Assembly (NCBI GenBank): GCA_030141605.1
Contig: JAQGDQ010000002.1
Coordinates: 1,612,001-1,676,000 of the forward strand
Length of the DNA: 64,000 bases
Direction of reading: 5' to 3'
DNA from: Tubiluchus corallicola
Taxonomy: Eukaryota; Animalia; Priapulida
Shown: positions 1 through 11,500 of the stretch, piece after piece
Numbering within the stretch: position 1 is the first letter of the stretch
Layout: each line of letters starts with the position of its first letter
Position numbers and translations under genes: made by a program
Notes under the pieces: model-generated
Told to the model about the DNA's origin: nothing
The model's database searches: none
What the model saw: only the letters and a program-made list of their open reading frames with translations

Positions 1-256
1 TAACGGTTTAAACTGATAAAACAAATCGCCTAGCATCGTAGTTCATACTTAGAAATAGCGATATTTAGAAATAATCTAAAATCACACAGTATATGATTAT
101 CAGCTTATAGGCTTCGAACACGTTCAGTTAACATTCAGAAGATCCTAGCATGCCGCGATTCCAAGTTTATTAACAATGAAACTTACGTTGAATAGTTTAA
201 TTTAATTTAAATGATATAACACAACATTTGAAGTAACAGGTTACCAAAACAGGCAA

Positions 257-258
<2 letters not shown>

Positions 259-348
<90 letters not shown>

Positions 349-373
349 TTAATAATAATAATAATAATAATAA
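259..373. repeat. (TAA)n microsatellite, one interruption near 348-350
   Basis: Directly visible; explains the poly-I/poly-L ORFs 197-439 and 207-431. Confidence 0.98.
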
Positions 374-976
374 ATAAGAATGCGATGATAATAACAATTG
401 CATTCTCATTAAACGTTTTAACTTTTCCCAAGTTAACACTTACTTTAAGTTATTTCATGCTTTGCCTAACTCGCTTCCAGGAAGTTGATTTATTCCCAGT
501 TTTTGCACCCGTTCATAAAACAAACGTGAACTGGTTTTTAAACAAGCTCGCTCGTTTGGTGAATATTTTCCCATCTTTGCGCAAGTCCTAACACCCCATT
601 AATTACCTCACCGTTTTGCAACAGTGTGACATGCTATAAACTAGCTTCCGACTTGGGAAGAATCCGTCCTTCTTCCAACCTCCCGTCCAACACATGGTTC
701 ACACATTATATAATAGCTGCTAGTGTCTGAGTGTATCAAGTTTGTTTAAAGTATTCCATTTCCTCTTTCATCTTTTGACACATTAAATTAATAAATCTCC
801 GGAGGTGTTTATATGTGTTTATTGTCGCTCGATGATATATTTTTAAGGAACACGCAATATTTGACTCAAAGCAATTTCGTAGCCGAAGCATGGACTCTCA
901 AAAAGAAGGCTGTTTAACAAAGTTGATCTGATTTTGTAGCGTTTGCAAAAATGGAGCTAAGACTAATTCCATAACT

Positions 977-993
977 ATGATGACGATGATGGC

Positions 994-1030
<37 letters not shown>

Positions 1031-1056
1031 GTGATGATAACGATGATGCTGATGAT
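977..1056. repeat. Imperfect (GAT)n microsatellite
   Basis: Directly visible GAT run with GAC/GGC/GGT variants. Confidence 0.95.
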
Positions 1057-1186
1057 CTGCATAAAGTGAAAATGTACTGATATTAGTGTTTTTGCACCTA
1101 TGTTGGAGATGTGCATTAAGTTCTGAGTGCCTTCTACGTAACAGAAGGGTTTTTTAGTATAGATTATTACCCTATCATGGACAAAC

Positions 1187-1635
1187 TCATGCGTCGTTGC
1201 GGTATTTCACTTTCAGCGGTTTATTGCTGTATTCTAGGCTATCTTCCACGTTTGTTGAGGTATTCCAAACGAATTCCAATTTGTAGCGACATTCTCGGCG
1301 CCAGTTTGTTGTGGTATTCTGGATGAGTTTTTCAGTTTGCTGTCGTGTTTTAGGTGATCTCCTAACTTTCTTTGCTACAGTATCGCAGATGAACTTTTGT
1401 TTGTTGGGGTATTTCAAACGAGGTTCCGAGCTTTTTTGATGCGGTATTTGCAGACGCGCTTCAAAATTTGCTGCCGTCTCTCGGTATGAAAAGACAAGTT
1501 CCACCGTTTGTTGTGTTATCACTGGGAGTTTTAAACGATCGTTTTCAGATGGCTCCTCTACTCCACTCGCTTTGAGTTTCGTCAAGTCCACAGTGTCTCC
1601 TTCTGTTATTGTAAAGTTGTAAACGGAACAGTTCA
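1187..1635 (-). CDS. Candidate terminal coding exon of an unidentified gene (about 149 codons, no recognised domain)
   Basis: Stop-free frame in a locally more GC-rich segment; starts immediately after a minus-strand TTTAG acceptor-like site (AG at 1637-1636); minus-strand AATAAA at 818-823. No ATG start, no homology recognised, and no compatible upstream exon found. Confidence 0.3.
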
Positions 1636-4600
1636 CTAAAGTATTTATGGCACAAGATGATCATCAGTTCAACACTACTCAGCAAATAATACTATCTCTA
1701 TACCAGTATTACAGTCGCAGTGAGAAAGTACCGGTAAACCATTTTGCTTCAACTATAGTGACGGTTAATAGCACTCTAAAGCTTAAATGACAACTATTCC
1801 CTCATGACACTCATACTGATATACCAATCCAGGCCAACAACAAGGAATGATGTTCATAACTCTAGCTTGACTCACAACTTTATTCACATCTAATTTAAAT
1901 GTGTAAGACAATAGATTATTATAGTTCTCGCGATATGACAATACACGACAATACATTTAGTATTATGGATGTATACGGTGGATATGCCCGTACTAGAAGT
2001 TTTAAACGTCCACATAGCAAGTGGTATGTGTTAGAAGAACTAAATTAACCTCACTCAAATTGTGTTCAAAAGAACATACTTCCTTACTAAGTTCTGAGTT
2101 TTGAATATATTACGGAAACAGTTTTTACTAAAAAGTGGAACTTGTTATTGCCATGCAGAATGGCTGTGGACAAGAATGTAATAACAATCTTGTCCAGATT
2201 CATCAATTTTTCTCGTTTTTTGTTTGTTTGTCTGTTTGGCGTACCCTTGTGAGAATAGGGGTTCAACAATTCATTTGCTTGCTCGTTTGTTTCTTTGTTT
2301 TTTTATTTGTTTGTTCGTATGTTTGTTATTTTGCTTGTTTATTCTCACGTAGGTTATTTAATCTATTTACTCATTCATTTATTTATTTGCCATAAATGTC
2401 CTTGATTTGCAATGATTTACAATTATTTACAATGATTTACAATTACAATACAGTGGAGAAAGTCTGTGTTTGTTTTCTAAAGTTTGTCCTTTTCTAAGGA
2501 AATTGTCCTTTTCTAAAGTTTTTCTGCTGGTGTTGTTTTCTCGCAGGCGTAATACTACATAACGTGGGTGGTACACAGGCGGACCCAATTATTCTGCGCT
2601 ATCGCACAGTTTTATTCGCTCCCCACTGTGGGACGCTGGCGGAATTACGTGAATCAATAACCACAAATTCGGACCCATGTTGTCAAATAAATATTGAATC
2701 TGTAAATTCGTTTGGCAGCTGATATGTTTCATAAATATACATTATTTTGCATGCTGAGTAACTTTGCTTGACCACACTGGGCAGACAGCGGATGTACAGT
2801 TTGTTTTCTCTCACGTTGCGGTTGAAAAAAAACACAGACAAATACTTTCTGTGAATCTCTTAAATAATTATTATTTCGTCAAATAATACTTTTTCAAGCT
2901 ATATATCATATAGCTTGGCAATTTAATATAAGTGCTGAAGAAATGCTCTGTAGCCTATGTTAGCTCCCAGGTGTGTCATTCAAAGTGATCGTAGTTCAGT
3001 CGCTCACTGGGACAGAATTCGTTAAAGTGAAATGTCTTTCACATCTTAATCACAAGTGTGTTTATTCACGCTGAGGTATTTCGAGTGTTCATGCAGCAAA
3101 ATCATTTTTTTGGCTTCAGCAAAACTTTTGGTTTTAGAGTTCGGTTATCTGAAAAATTCTGTCGTGTTGCTTATTGTCACCATTACTATTACGAAAGTAC
3201 AACTACAAGGTTCTACGCTCAGCAGATATTTAGTCAACATTAAAGATTTTTATTTTTCTAATTGTATGATATGACGACGTCTTTTATATATATATATATA
3301 ACTTCTTCAATGGAAATCCAACATTAGTTTTGCTTTTTGGTTAGGCTGCCTCGTAATTCAAGCCTAATAATTTTGCACACAGGCTTGATTTGTAATATCC
3401 ACTTTGAATGCCCAGTAGTTTTTGCAATAACGCAGCTTAGGGTGCGATAGTTTTTTTGTCAATTTTGACAAAAATCGAAAAACGGACTATTGTTTGCTAT
3501 AATATGTTTCGCGTTTAGGCGTTCTTCATTAGGTCAAGGGTGATACAACAGTAACATGAAATTGGCTTCTATCAAAGTTGTAGTGGCTAATCTTGATCCC
3601 TCATGTTTCCAACGCAACATAATCGTCAGATAATTCTCACGAATTCGTTAGTTAATTGTCACTGATGGAGTTTGACCTTGCACAAGTCTACATTTATGGC
3701 TAGTTATGTAAAATAATACAAAGTGAAAAATGATTTTTTTTTAATAAATGTTGTCATGAAGCAACTCTCATATTATCAGTTTATAGCCTATGACTCGTAA
3801 TTATTTGTTTGCGGATGCATCATTTAGGTTTACTTAGTGGTTTGGGTAGCTGCATTGTATCATACACAGCATACGCATATTGATATATACAATTATACAT
3901 GCATGTATCAATGGAAATCCAACATTAATGATCGCGCGATGCTTAACTATAGTTACAATATTAATATCTTCTCTGCACAATGTAAACCTGTGATTTTAGT
4001 AAGTTTGGTTTTATAAGCAGGAGCTATAACTGTTAAAGCTGTGATTGGTTCCGATTAATTCTAATACCCATTAATTTAATTAACTAATAAGCGTTTAATG
4101 ATTTTCCGCTCACTAAGTAGATTTTACGGTTTTTAAATGCTTGATTGCAAGAACGACATCAGTTTGACTGTCATATTAAAAAAATCACAACGTTTCCACT
4201 ACACACTAGCAGTCATCTTAAAAAAACCCTGCATTATCACCTGAATGTAACTGCTACGAAAACGTCCCGTTTCGTTGATATTGTAGGGTATTTATTAAAC
4301 CAAAGGTACATTTCAGTATATTTTCATGTTCTAGCCCGTCTAAACTAGGGCGATAGTTTATAAATTGTACAAATTCAAATAATATAGTGCCGCAGACAAT
4401 GCCTTAGGACGCCATAAAGTTCCTTTCAGATATTCCATACTAAGCAAAAATGTTGACGAATTCATCATTACGACATGGCAGTTCCACTGCCAAATGAAAA
4501 TTTCGGCTGTCTAACAAATAAAACGCTTTAAAGCGTTTTAGAACATTTTTTGTATCAGCAAAATTCATCCAGCGATTAAATGAATTTTTTTTATTTTGTT

Positions 4601-5544
4601 TGGTTAGACTCCTTCGAAACCGAATTGAAACAATAGCTTCCGTTAAGGTTCCCGAATGATAAAAAAGCTACCACAAAAAGGAAATTGAAAAGATACGACA
4701 TTTCACATCAATGTGTAGGTACTTTCGAATGATTTTCAAACTGTTTTTAATAATTGTTTTAGTTTCTAAGTTTAGTCTAACTTTAGTTTCTTTAAAAACT
4801 AAAACCACACAGTGTTTATACTAAATGTGTAGTTTGGCAAACTGGTAAAAACAATAAAATAGTATTTACAAATTAATTTCGGTCTCTAGTGTGGTCAACG
4901 CTTGCCCACAATGTAGGCCCATGCCTGTCTGAATATAGACCTGAGTTATTGGCGTGATTGGACAATTCTTTTAATTGCGTGAAAGCACTAGGTAATTTGA
5001 TTAGAATATTTTGAAAACTTCAATAAATAATTAAACATTTTTGCACAATCTTGAGGACTGGCGTCAAACAATAGACCTACATACGCGCAAAATGGAATTA
5101 TGCATATGTTAAAATGATTTAAATTGACGTAGTTACTAAATGATTTTGCCACATTTTGGCAACTGTACAATTATCATTAACTATACCAATTATTTACAGA
5201 ACACTAATTCTTTTAATAGTATAATTCTTTTAAAGTCCACTTGGAACATGACTATGTCTAGCTTGTTCACGTATTGTATAAGTTACATCTTGTGCTGTAT
5301 AATTGTCTATAAACTAACCTACTCTACAGTTTGTAAATCCAGTAAATCCACGCTGATTAGATTTCATTAGGTAAGTAAAGTAAAACTGCTAGCAAAGCGT
5401 CGACAACAAGCAAGTATTTTCTTCATAAATTAGCACAAATAAATTAATAGATTACGTTGAAAAATTATGCCTATTATTTAATGTTTCAATAAGCAGCAAT
5501 ATCTCATTTCCTCATCTTTATCATTTACTAATTTACAATGTTAC

Positions 5545-5550
5545 TTTATT
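5545..5550 (-). terminator. Candidate polyadenylation signal (AATAAA) for FoxL1
   Basis: TTTATT on plus about 54 nt beyond the FoxL1 stop codon. Confidence 0.45.
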
Positions 5551-5603
5551 ATACATAGTGATTACAATACGTATGTGGTCAACATGTTAGGGTACAGTAC
5601 AAT

Positions 5604-6920
5604 TCAGTTACAATTCCCACCTTGAAATGCTGATGGCGACACCGTGGGCTGACTGCGCCTGCTTCCGTTTCCGGATAGCGGGACATTTCCTGGAAAGCCT
5701 CCTGAATACCTAAATGGATTGGTCAGCAGATAAGGAGATGGAACAGGTGGCATGAAAGGGGAAAGTGCGGTGAGACCAGGAAGAGGAGACAATCCTGGAG
5801 GTGACGATCCCGTGCTTAGTAAACTGGCTTGATAAGGATTTGTTGCTGTCGCTAACACTAATTGTTGATTAATATCTCTGACGATTCGAGAGTTAGGCAA
5901 CATTCGGTTAATGTCCGAGTATACAGCAGTCAGGTCTTTTGCCGTGTGCGTAGAAGTAACGTTCCCAGCACAGCTGTCAGTTTTTCTAATAAGTTTATTA
6001 CTTATTATATTGTCAATGGTGAAGAGAGAATGTTTGCTGACATTGTTGGTGGTGCGATGTGGCGGTGGCGCTTGTGAAGGAGATAGACGATTCGACAATG
6101 TCTGCAAGTCATTCAAGTGCCTCCCCTCATTAGCTACATTGTCATTCACAACATTAATTTCAGCACTATCACCCTGTTCATTATCGACATCTTCAAAGTC
6201 GCTTCCGAAATTTCTTTCTTTATTTATTACATGCTCATCAGATGACGACACAGTAGAAAGTGGCTTCTCAGCAACGGTTAAGGTCAATCCTTCATTGGAT
6301 ACCTCCAAACTTTCCTCTGATGTTGCTTTTTCTGGGTCAAGCTTGTCTAAATCACATGATTTATCTGGCGACTTCGCAGTTTTAACCCGCCTCTTTCTTC
6401 GTCGATAGTTGCCGTTCTCAAACATCTCTTCCGAATTTGGATCCAATGTCCAGTAATTACCTTTTCCCGGTTTTCCCTTCTCTCGGGGAACTTTAAGGAA
6501 GCAGTCGTTCAAGCTCAGGTTGTGTCTGATGGAGTTCTGCCAACCCTGTTTGTTGTCATGATAGTACGGAAAACGGTCCATAATGAACTGATAAATACCA
6601 TTCAAGGTGATCTTTCGATCCGGTGCGCTTTTGATTGCCATTGCTATAAGAGCAATGTAAGAATATGGTGGTTTCTGGTGTTGCTCTCGTCGCTCTATTG
6701 CAGGAAGCAAAGTGTAGGGGTTGTAGCCCAAAGCTTCTCCTCGGGTCGGTTGGTACAGGTAGGGTGAATACGCTGAATACGCATAACTGGGATCTGTCAG
6801 ACGTGGATAGACACCAAACTGAGATACTATGACACCTGCGGCCGCTGCTGCCGTTAAGTTGGCACTGGCCAGGTCTTGTTTGTCCTTGTAGTTCTGATGA
6901 AATGGGTACAAGTTCGACAT
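5604..6920 (-). CDS. FOXL1: Forkhead box transcription factor FoxL1, 438 aa, intronless CDS
   Basis: Forkhead domain at about 6386-6677: [15 protein letters not shown]...[72 protein letters not shown]. The YHDN.QGWQNS, VPREKG.PGKG and [10 protein letters not shown] residues match the FoxL1 subclass. eh1-like FTIDNII at 6003-6023. Confidence 0.93.
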   Translation of the reverse strand: MSNLYPFHQNYKDKQDLASANLTAAAAAGVIVSQFGVYPRLTDPSYAYSAYSPYLYQPTRGEALGYNPYTLLPAIERREQHQKPPYSYIALIAMAIKSAPDRKITLNGIYQFIMDRFPYYHDNKQGWQNSIRHNLSLNDCFLKVPREKGKPGKGNYWTLDPNSEEMFENGNYRRRKRRVKTAKSPDKSCDLDKLDPEKATSEESLEVSNEGLTLTVAEKPLSTVSSSDEHVINKERNFGSDFEDVDNEQGDSAEINVVNDNVANEGRHLNDLQTLSNRLSPSQAPPPHRTTNNVSKHSLFTIDNIISNKLIRKTDSCAGNVTSTHTAKDLTAVYSDINRMLPNSRIVRDINQQLVLATATNPYQASLLSTGSSPPGLSPLPGLTALSPFMPPVPSPYLLTNPFRYSGGFPGNVPLSGNGSRRSQPTVSPSAFQGGNCN

Positions 6921-7299
6921 ACTTAACAGTCAATCACTGAGCGTTTGATCGATCGTGGCAAGCACAAAAAGGATATTAAACTCTGAAAATCTGCACAGGC
7001 TATTCATATCCAGTCTATTGCGATTTACTGCAAAACAATTTGCTTATTAGTAATATCTTCACAGTTCTGAAAAAAGTGGTATAAGTTTGACATCACAAGA
7101 AGTTCTGATAATCTTCAAAGCAAAGTCTACTTCAAAAACTTGACTTATTGCGAATCTGTTACTCTCAGCACTTTAAACTGTTTATTAGGCTTTAGAATTA
7201 CTTCTTGTTTATTTAACTTGCACCGCTGACAGTACACTAACATTCGTCACTGTTTTATCTCACCGTTTTACCAATATTACCAGCTTCCAGTCCAGCAAG

Positions 7300-7470
7300 T
7301 TCATCAAACTGAATGTTTGTGCCATCATCTTCGGCACTCAGCGATAAATCAACTAACGTTGGCGAACAATCACTAGAGGGCGGGGCGACAGCGCAAACGT
7401 GACTTATGTGGGAGGAGGCTCGAGGGAGGAAGGAGGCGCACCTATTGCGAAATGCGGTTTCCTTCACTCA
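7300..7470 (-). promoter_or_regulatory. Putative FoxL1 proximal promoter (GC-rich patch with GC box)
   Basis: GC/CpG-rich island 400-550 nt upstream of the ATG; GGGCGGGG at 7378-7385, GGAGG repeats and an E-box/CRE-like ACGTGAC. TSS not determinable. Confidence 0.5.
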
Positions 7471-8240
7471 TCTAAAAAAGTAGTGCGGTAATTTAATTAC
7501 TTAAACAGTTTAACCAAATGGCGATTAGAAATTCGAAATTTTTTTCTAAGAAGTAGCTTAAAAAGAAAATGTTCACTTGATTTTTCACCTTTTGTTGACC
7601 ATAGATCGTGGTATAATTGTCACAACCAGTCCTTTCTAACCACGCTTAATAATTGCATAAGTAATCAAGAGTGACAGGGAATGTCTCTGCCCACCCAAGT
7701 CGCTTAAAACGCTGTTTGTTTTGATTATTGTGTAAAAAATACATGTCTGTGGCCTCCTATAGGGTAAACATCAAATGATCTGTCACGACGAAACGCATGA
7801 CGTATAGATTCACCCGTCATTAATCTAAAATGTCCAATACCAGCTCCATGAACCAGGAGAAGCCCACTACTATAAGCGTCCACACGATATTGGCTACAAA
7901 ACGTACGAAAAACGTGGGTTCTAACTTCTAACTTCGGTTCTAATTCTTCAATATGCAACAAATAAGCCTACATTTCACACAAAAAACGAAATTACTTTTT
8001 TAAAGTAAAGAAATGGGTCTATTTCTTTATTATTTTGAACGTGATACGATCATAGCTACGTTTAATAGAACTCCGCAAATAAAAAATGGTAAGCTCTTGG
8101 TAATAGTGTTTCGAAATGATGCTAGTGCGTAAAAATTGCATCTAAAATTTGCACAAACCTGTTAAACAACTATTATGAGTGTAAAAGCGTTTAGCGTAAA
8201 ATAGTTAGCCCGCTCATCACGCTCATTTTAAAATAGTTAA

Positions 8241-8282
8241 ACTTGTCATCACTGTCATATATGTATGACAGTGATGACAGGT
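8241..8282. repeat. 19-bp near-perfect palindrome followed by (TA)14 at 8286-8313
   Basis: ACTTGTCATCACTGTCATA-tatg-TATGACAGTGATGACAGGT, one mismatch. Confidence 0.9.
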
Positions 8283-8440
8283 GATTATATATATATATAT
8301 ATATATATATATAGATGGTAAAGGCCTTTTTATTATAAACCCTTTTTATTAACAACTCTTGCGAAAATGATTTTAAACAATAATATAAGTGTTTGAACAG
8401 CCTTATAAAATTAGAAACAATGAATTTTTTGCCGGACAGG

Positions 8441-8507
8441 TTTTAAATGTAAAGAGTATGTACGAGTAAGAGTAAAATTTTAAAATGTAAGAGTATGTAC
8501 GAGTAAG
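8441..8507. repeat. Short tandem duplication (about 37-bp period)
   Basis: Two copies of TTTTAAA(A)TGTAA(A)GAGTATGTACGAGTAAG. Confidence 0.85.
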
Positions 8508-11500
8508 TAGCACTGGCAAAAGATTTTCACTCATCACACAATAATTATGTTTACGCTTAGAATATCATGCGATTCGTATGAATAGTATTCCATAATTTAC
8601 GCAATTATTGCACGCCTAAGTGTTATATGACATGTTGTTCGCTCCACCGCTGAGTGAATACGCCATCTCCACCATAGTGTCTATTTCTCTGTTGTTTATT
8701 TGCGTGTTCCCTCGACCCGGTATCAACACAACCAGCCACTTTAGCAATTACACGTTGTATCAATTTCAGAAGGTTTCACGTTAGCCCAAGTCTAAATTAC
8801 CAAAACGTTGTGCAGCCCTTTATTCTATTTTTCACTACTGATGTATCTCTGTGCAATATTTTTTCATTAAATGACGACTGTCATCACACTTTTATTTGTT
8901 TATAATAATATATTCTCCACTGGAGATACAAACGACAAAAAAGTTTGCGTAATTAATACAAAGTCACGTTTTAATTTACAGTGTAAACTTACACATAGGT
9001 AGCACATTAATAGCATTTTCTTATGCAGAGCAAAATAAGTGAGTACAGCCGTGGATTTCAATAGCGAATTTAGAAGAGGTATAGGATGCAGTTCCTTATC
9101 AGTGGTGACGACACTTCGAAGGCAAAACGTGACAGAAGAGAAAAACGGGCAATCCGGAGACAATGCAAAACATTTGAATTAGGTTTTCATCAAGAAAATA
9201 TTGAGGTCAAGCTAAACTGGCAAAGCAGTATTTTATTGGAAGAAGTCTCACCTTTTTCAACCGTGATACCCCACTAAACTGTAGGGGAAACAAGTTTTTA
9301 TATTTTTCACTTATACAGAAATAAATTGAAATTGATGAAACTAGTCTCTGCATTCGTTAGTCGTTTTAACATCAAACTCAAACACAAATATCCAAAAACG
9401 TTAGACAACTATTTATAAAGTTGCTCTGCACGTGTTCTTTAGAAACGCCGGAAATTGGCCAGGGAAGCTCCTCCTGCTCAACCACTGAGAATAAATTACT
9501 AATTAATTATTAAGACTTTTAATTAGAAAGCCATTATAGCGTGTAGACAAGATCAGGTCTAACAGCCATTACATTCGTCGTCGTTGTTGTTGTTGCTGAC
9601 ATTTTATTTTATTGTTGTTGGTGTTACTTACACCGCAATCATTATATTGCTGTTGTTGTTATTGCTTGCTGTTGCCAATGCTGCTGTCGCTGCTGCAACT
9701 GCTGTTGCTACTCTTGCTATTGCTATTTTCAATTGAATATGCACATGCTATTCGATTTTACTAGCCAAGTGTAGGAAATTGTATACATTTTCTACATACA
9801 CTATAATTATATTAAGACTAGTACGAATTTGATTGGTGTGTGCCGCGTGCTCTCATCTGGCAAGCAACAGCCATTAAGAAAACATTATGCACTCTAACAG
9901 CTGTTTACGTTTTCGTATATTGTAGAGTTGCATTTGCATAAAAATGGTCAAACAACGAAGTATGTTGTATCAACAAACGTTGAATATGTTACTAAAACAA
10001 CGTAAAGAAAACACACGCTAGGTGCGCTAGATGAGAGTGGACAACCCGTCCACTGACATAGGTTGTTTAGTTGTAGTTGTTGCTAGTTTCTCTTCCTATA
10101 AAAATATGTAAAAAATAAAAGTAACAAAAAGGATAATTTGCACGTTTTTAACAACACACGTCTCTTACATCACTATCCTACATTTTTAGTTAGTTTTTAT
10201 CACGCGAAATGATTTCACTTATAAAGAGCACGCAAAATACGAAATAAAGTGAAATGTTAAGAAAATGTAAAAATTTTAATCAGAATTGCGCAAGTTATGC
10301 AAATGAGTTTTTATCACTTTATCAAAATACCTTAAATAAGATTATGTTAAATTAGTTGGGATAGGACAGATTCAAGACTTATGTTACGAAATTATTTTAT
10401 GATATGTTAGGCGGTTAGGTTACTCGAGTTTTTCATCAGACAGGACTAATTCAGGTTGCGCTAGATAAAACCAACAGGTAGTAATAGGGTGATACCAAGC
10501 TATGATTTCTTACATGTTACTTATTTATGTATACGTTAGATTAGATTAGATAAGGTTGGTCAGGCTAGTCTAGGTTACGCCCGTAAATCTAATTAAGTTG
10601 GGTAAGAATAGATTAGGCTAGACTGAATGAATTTCAATTTGATAGTGCTTGATTAACTTAAAAATAAGATAGTTCTTGATTAAAGATAGTGTTTGATTAA
10701 ATTAGATTATAGTTTAAATTTATTTATTATAATGCAATCGAGCCCCGTCTCAATTGAACTCTACGTTTTATATCTTAAATTTTAACTAAAAATACTAAAA
10801 TGAATTGAATAGAATTAAACCATTATAATTAACCACTTTAGAAAGTGAAACAGTATAACTTAAAAAGTAATGTCTGAGACGGAAGCACTACTTTTGTTTT
10901 TCTGCGAGGAAGGTCAAAATTGAGGACTGTCAATGTTTCTCATAGTTCTGGGCGAGCAATGGCAATAGAGGTATAACTAAATATAGGTATTCTAAGTGAA
11001 ACAAATCATTTCAACAGTACGCTATATAGTGTCTGTGTAAAGTGTAAAGACTAAAGCAGATCTCTGATACCTAATAATTTAACAATTGTTTAAATGTTTG
11101 GCAAAACCTTGAGCATGGCAATCTTAATATTTTCTCACTTTTAATACAATATCTCACGCATTTCACTCAAGCAAGGCCACCCATTAAACATAGGGTCTAT
11201 ACACAGTGTAGTAAAATATCCGCTTTTGTTTTATATGAAATCCTGTTTTTAATAGCAGTGGAAATGAAAACAGAAAAATCACGCTGATATGAATCGTATG
11301 ACAGATGAATGCTCAGTCGGATTAGCATGTACGTGCCTATAAAAATAATTAACAGAAGTCACTGTTGGAACCCATGCGAAATTATATCTATCAAATCAAT
11401 AGATAAATAAATTTTAATATCAATAAAAATCACGGCCACCCGTGAGAGATCTGCGCTCATAAAGAAATGTCACGACTTCGTTTAAACATTTCGTGCCTAG

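Noticed and set aside
197-1116. Poly-Leu/Ile ORFs (197-439, 207-431, 898-1116)
   Set aside because: Translations of the TAA and GAT microsatellites.
5862-6933. ORFs overlapping FoxL1 (5862-6077, 5911-6408, 6522-6767, 6556-6933)
   Set aside because: Antisense or alternate-frame shadows of a real CDS; no motifs.
9575-9730. GTT/GCT-rich stretch resembling poly-Q/A coding sequence
   Set aside because: Degenerate trinucleotide low complexity with stops and no splice context.
10340-10720. TTAGG/TTAGA-like pentamers suggesting interstitial telomere sequence
   Set aside because: Highly degenerate with no perfect array; more likely a decayed satellite or TE-internal repeat.
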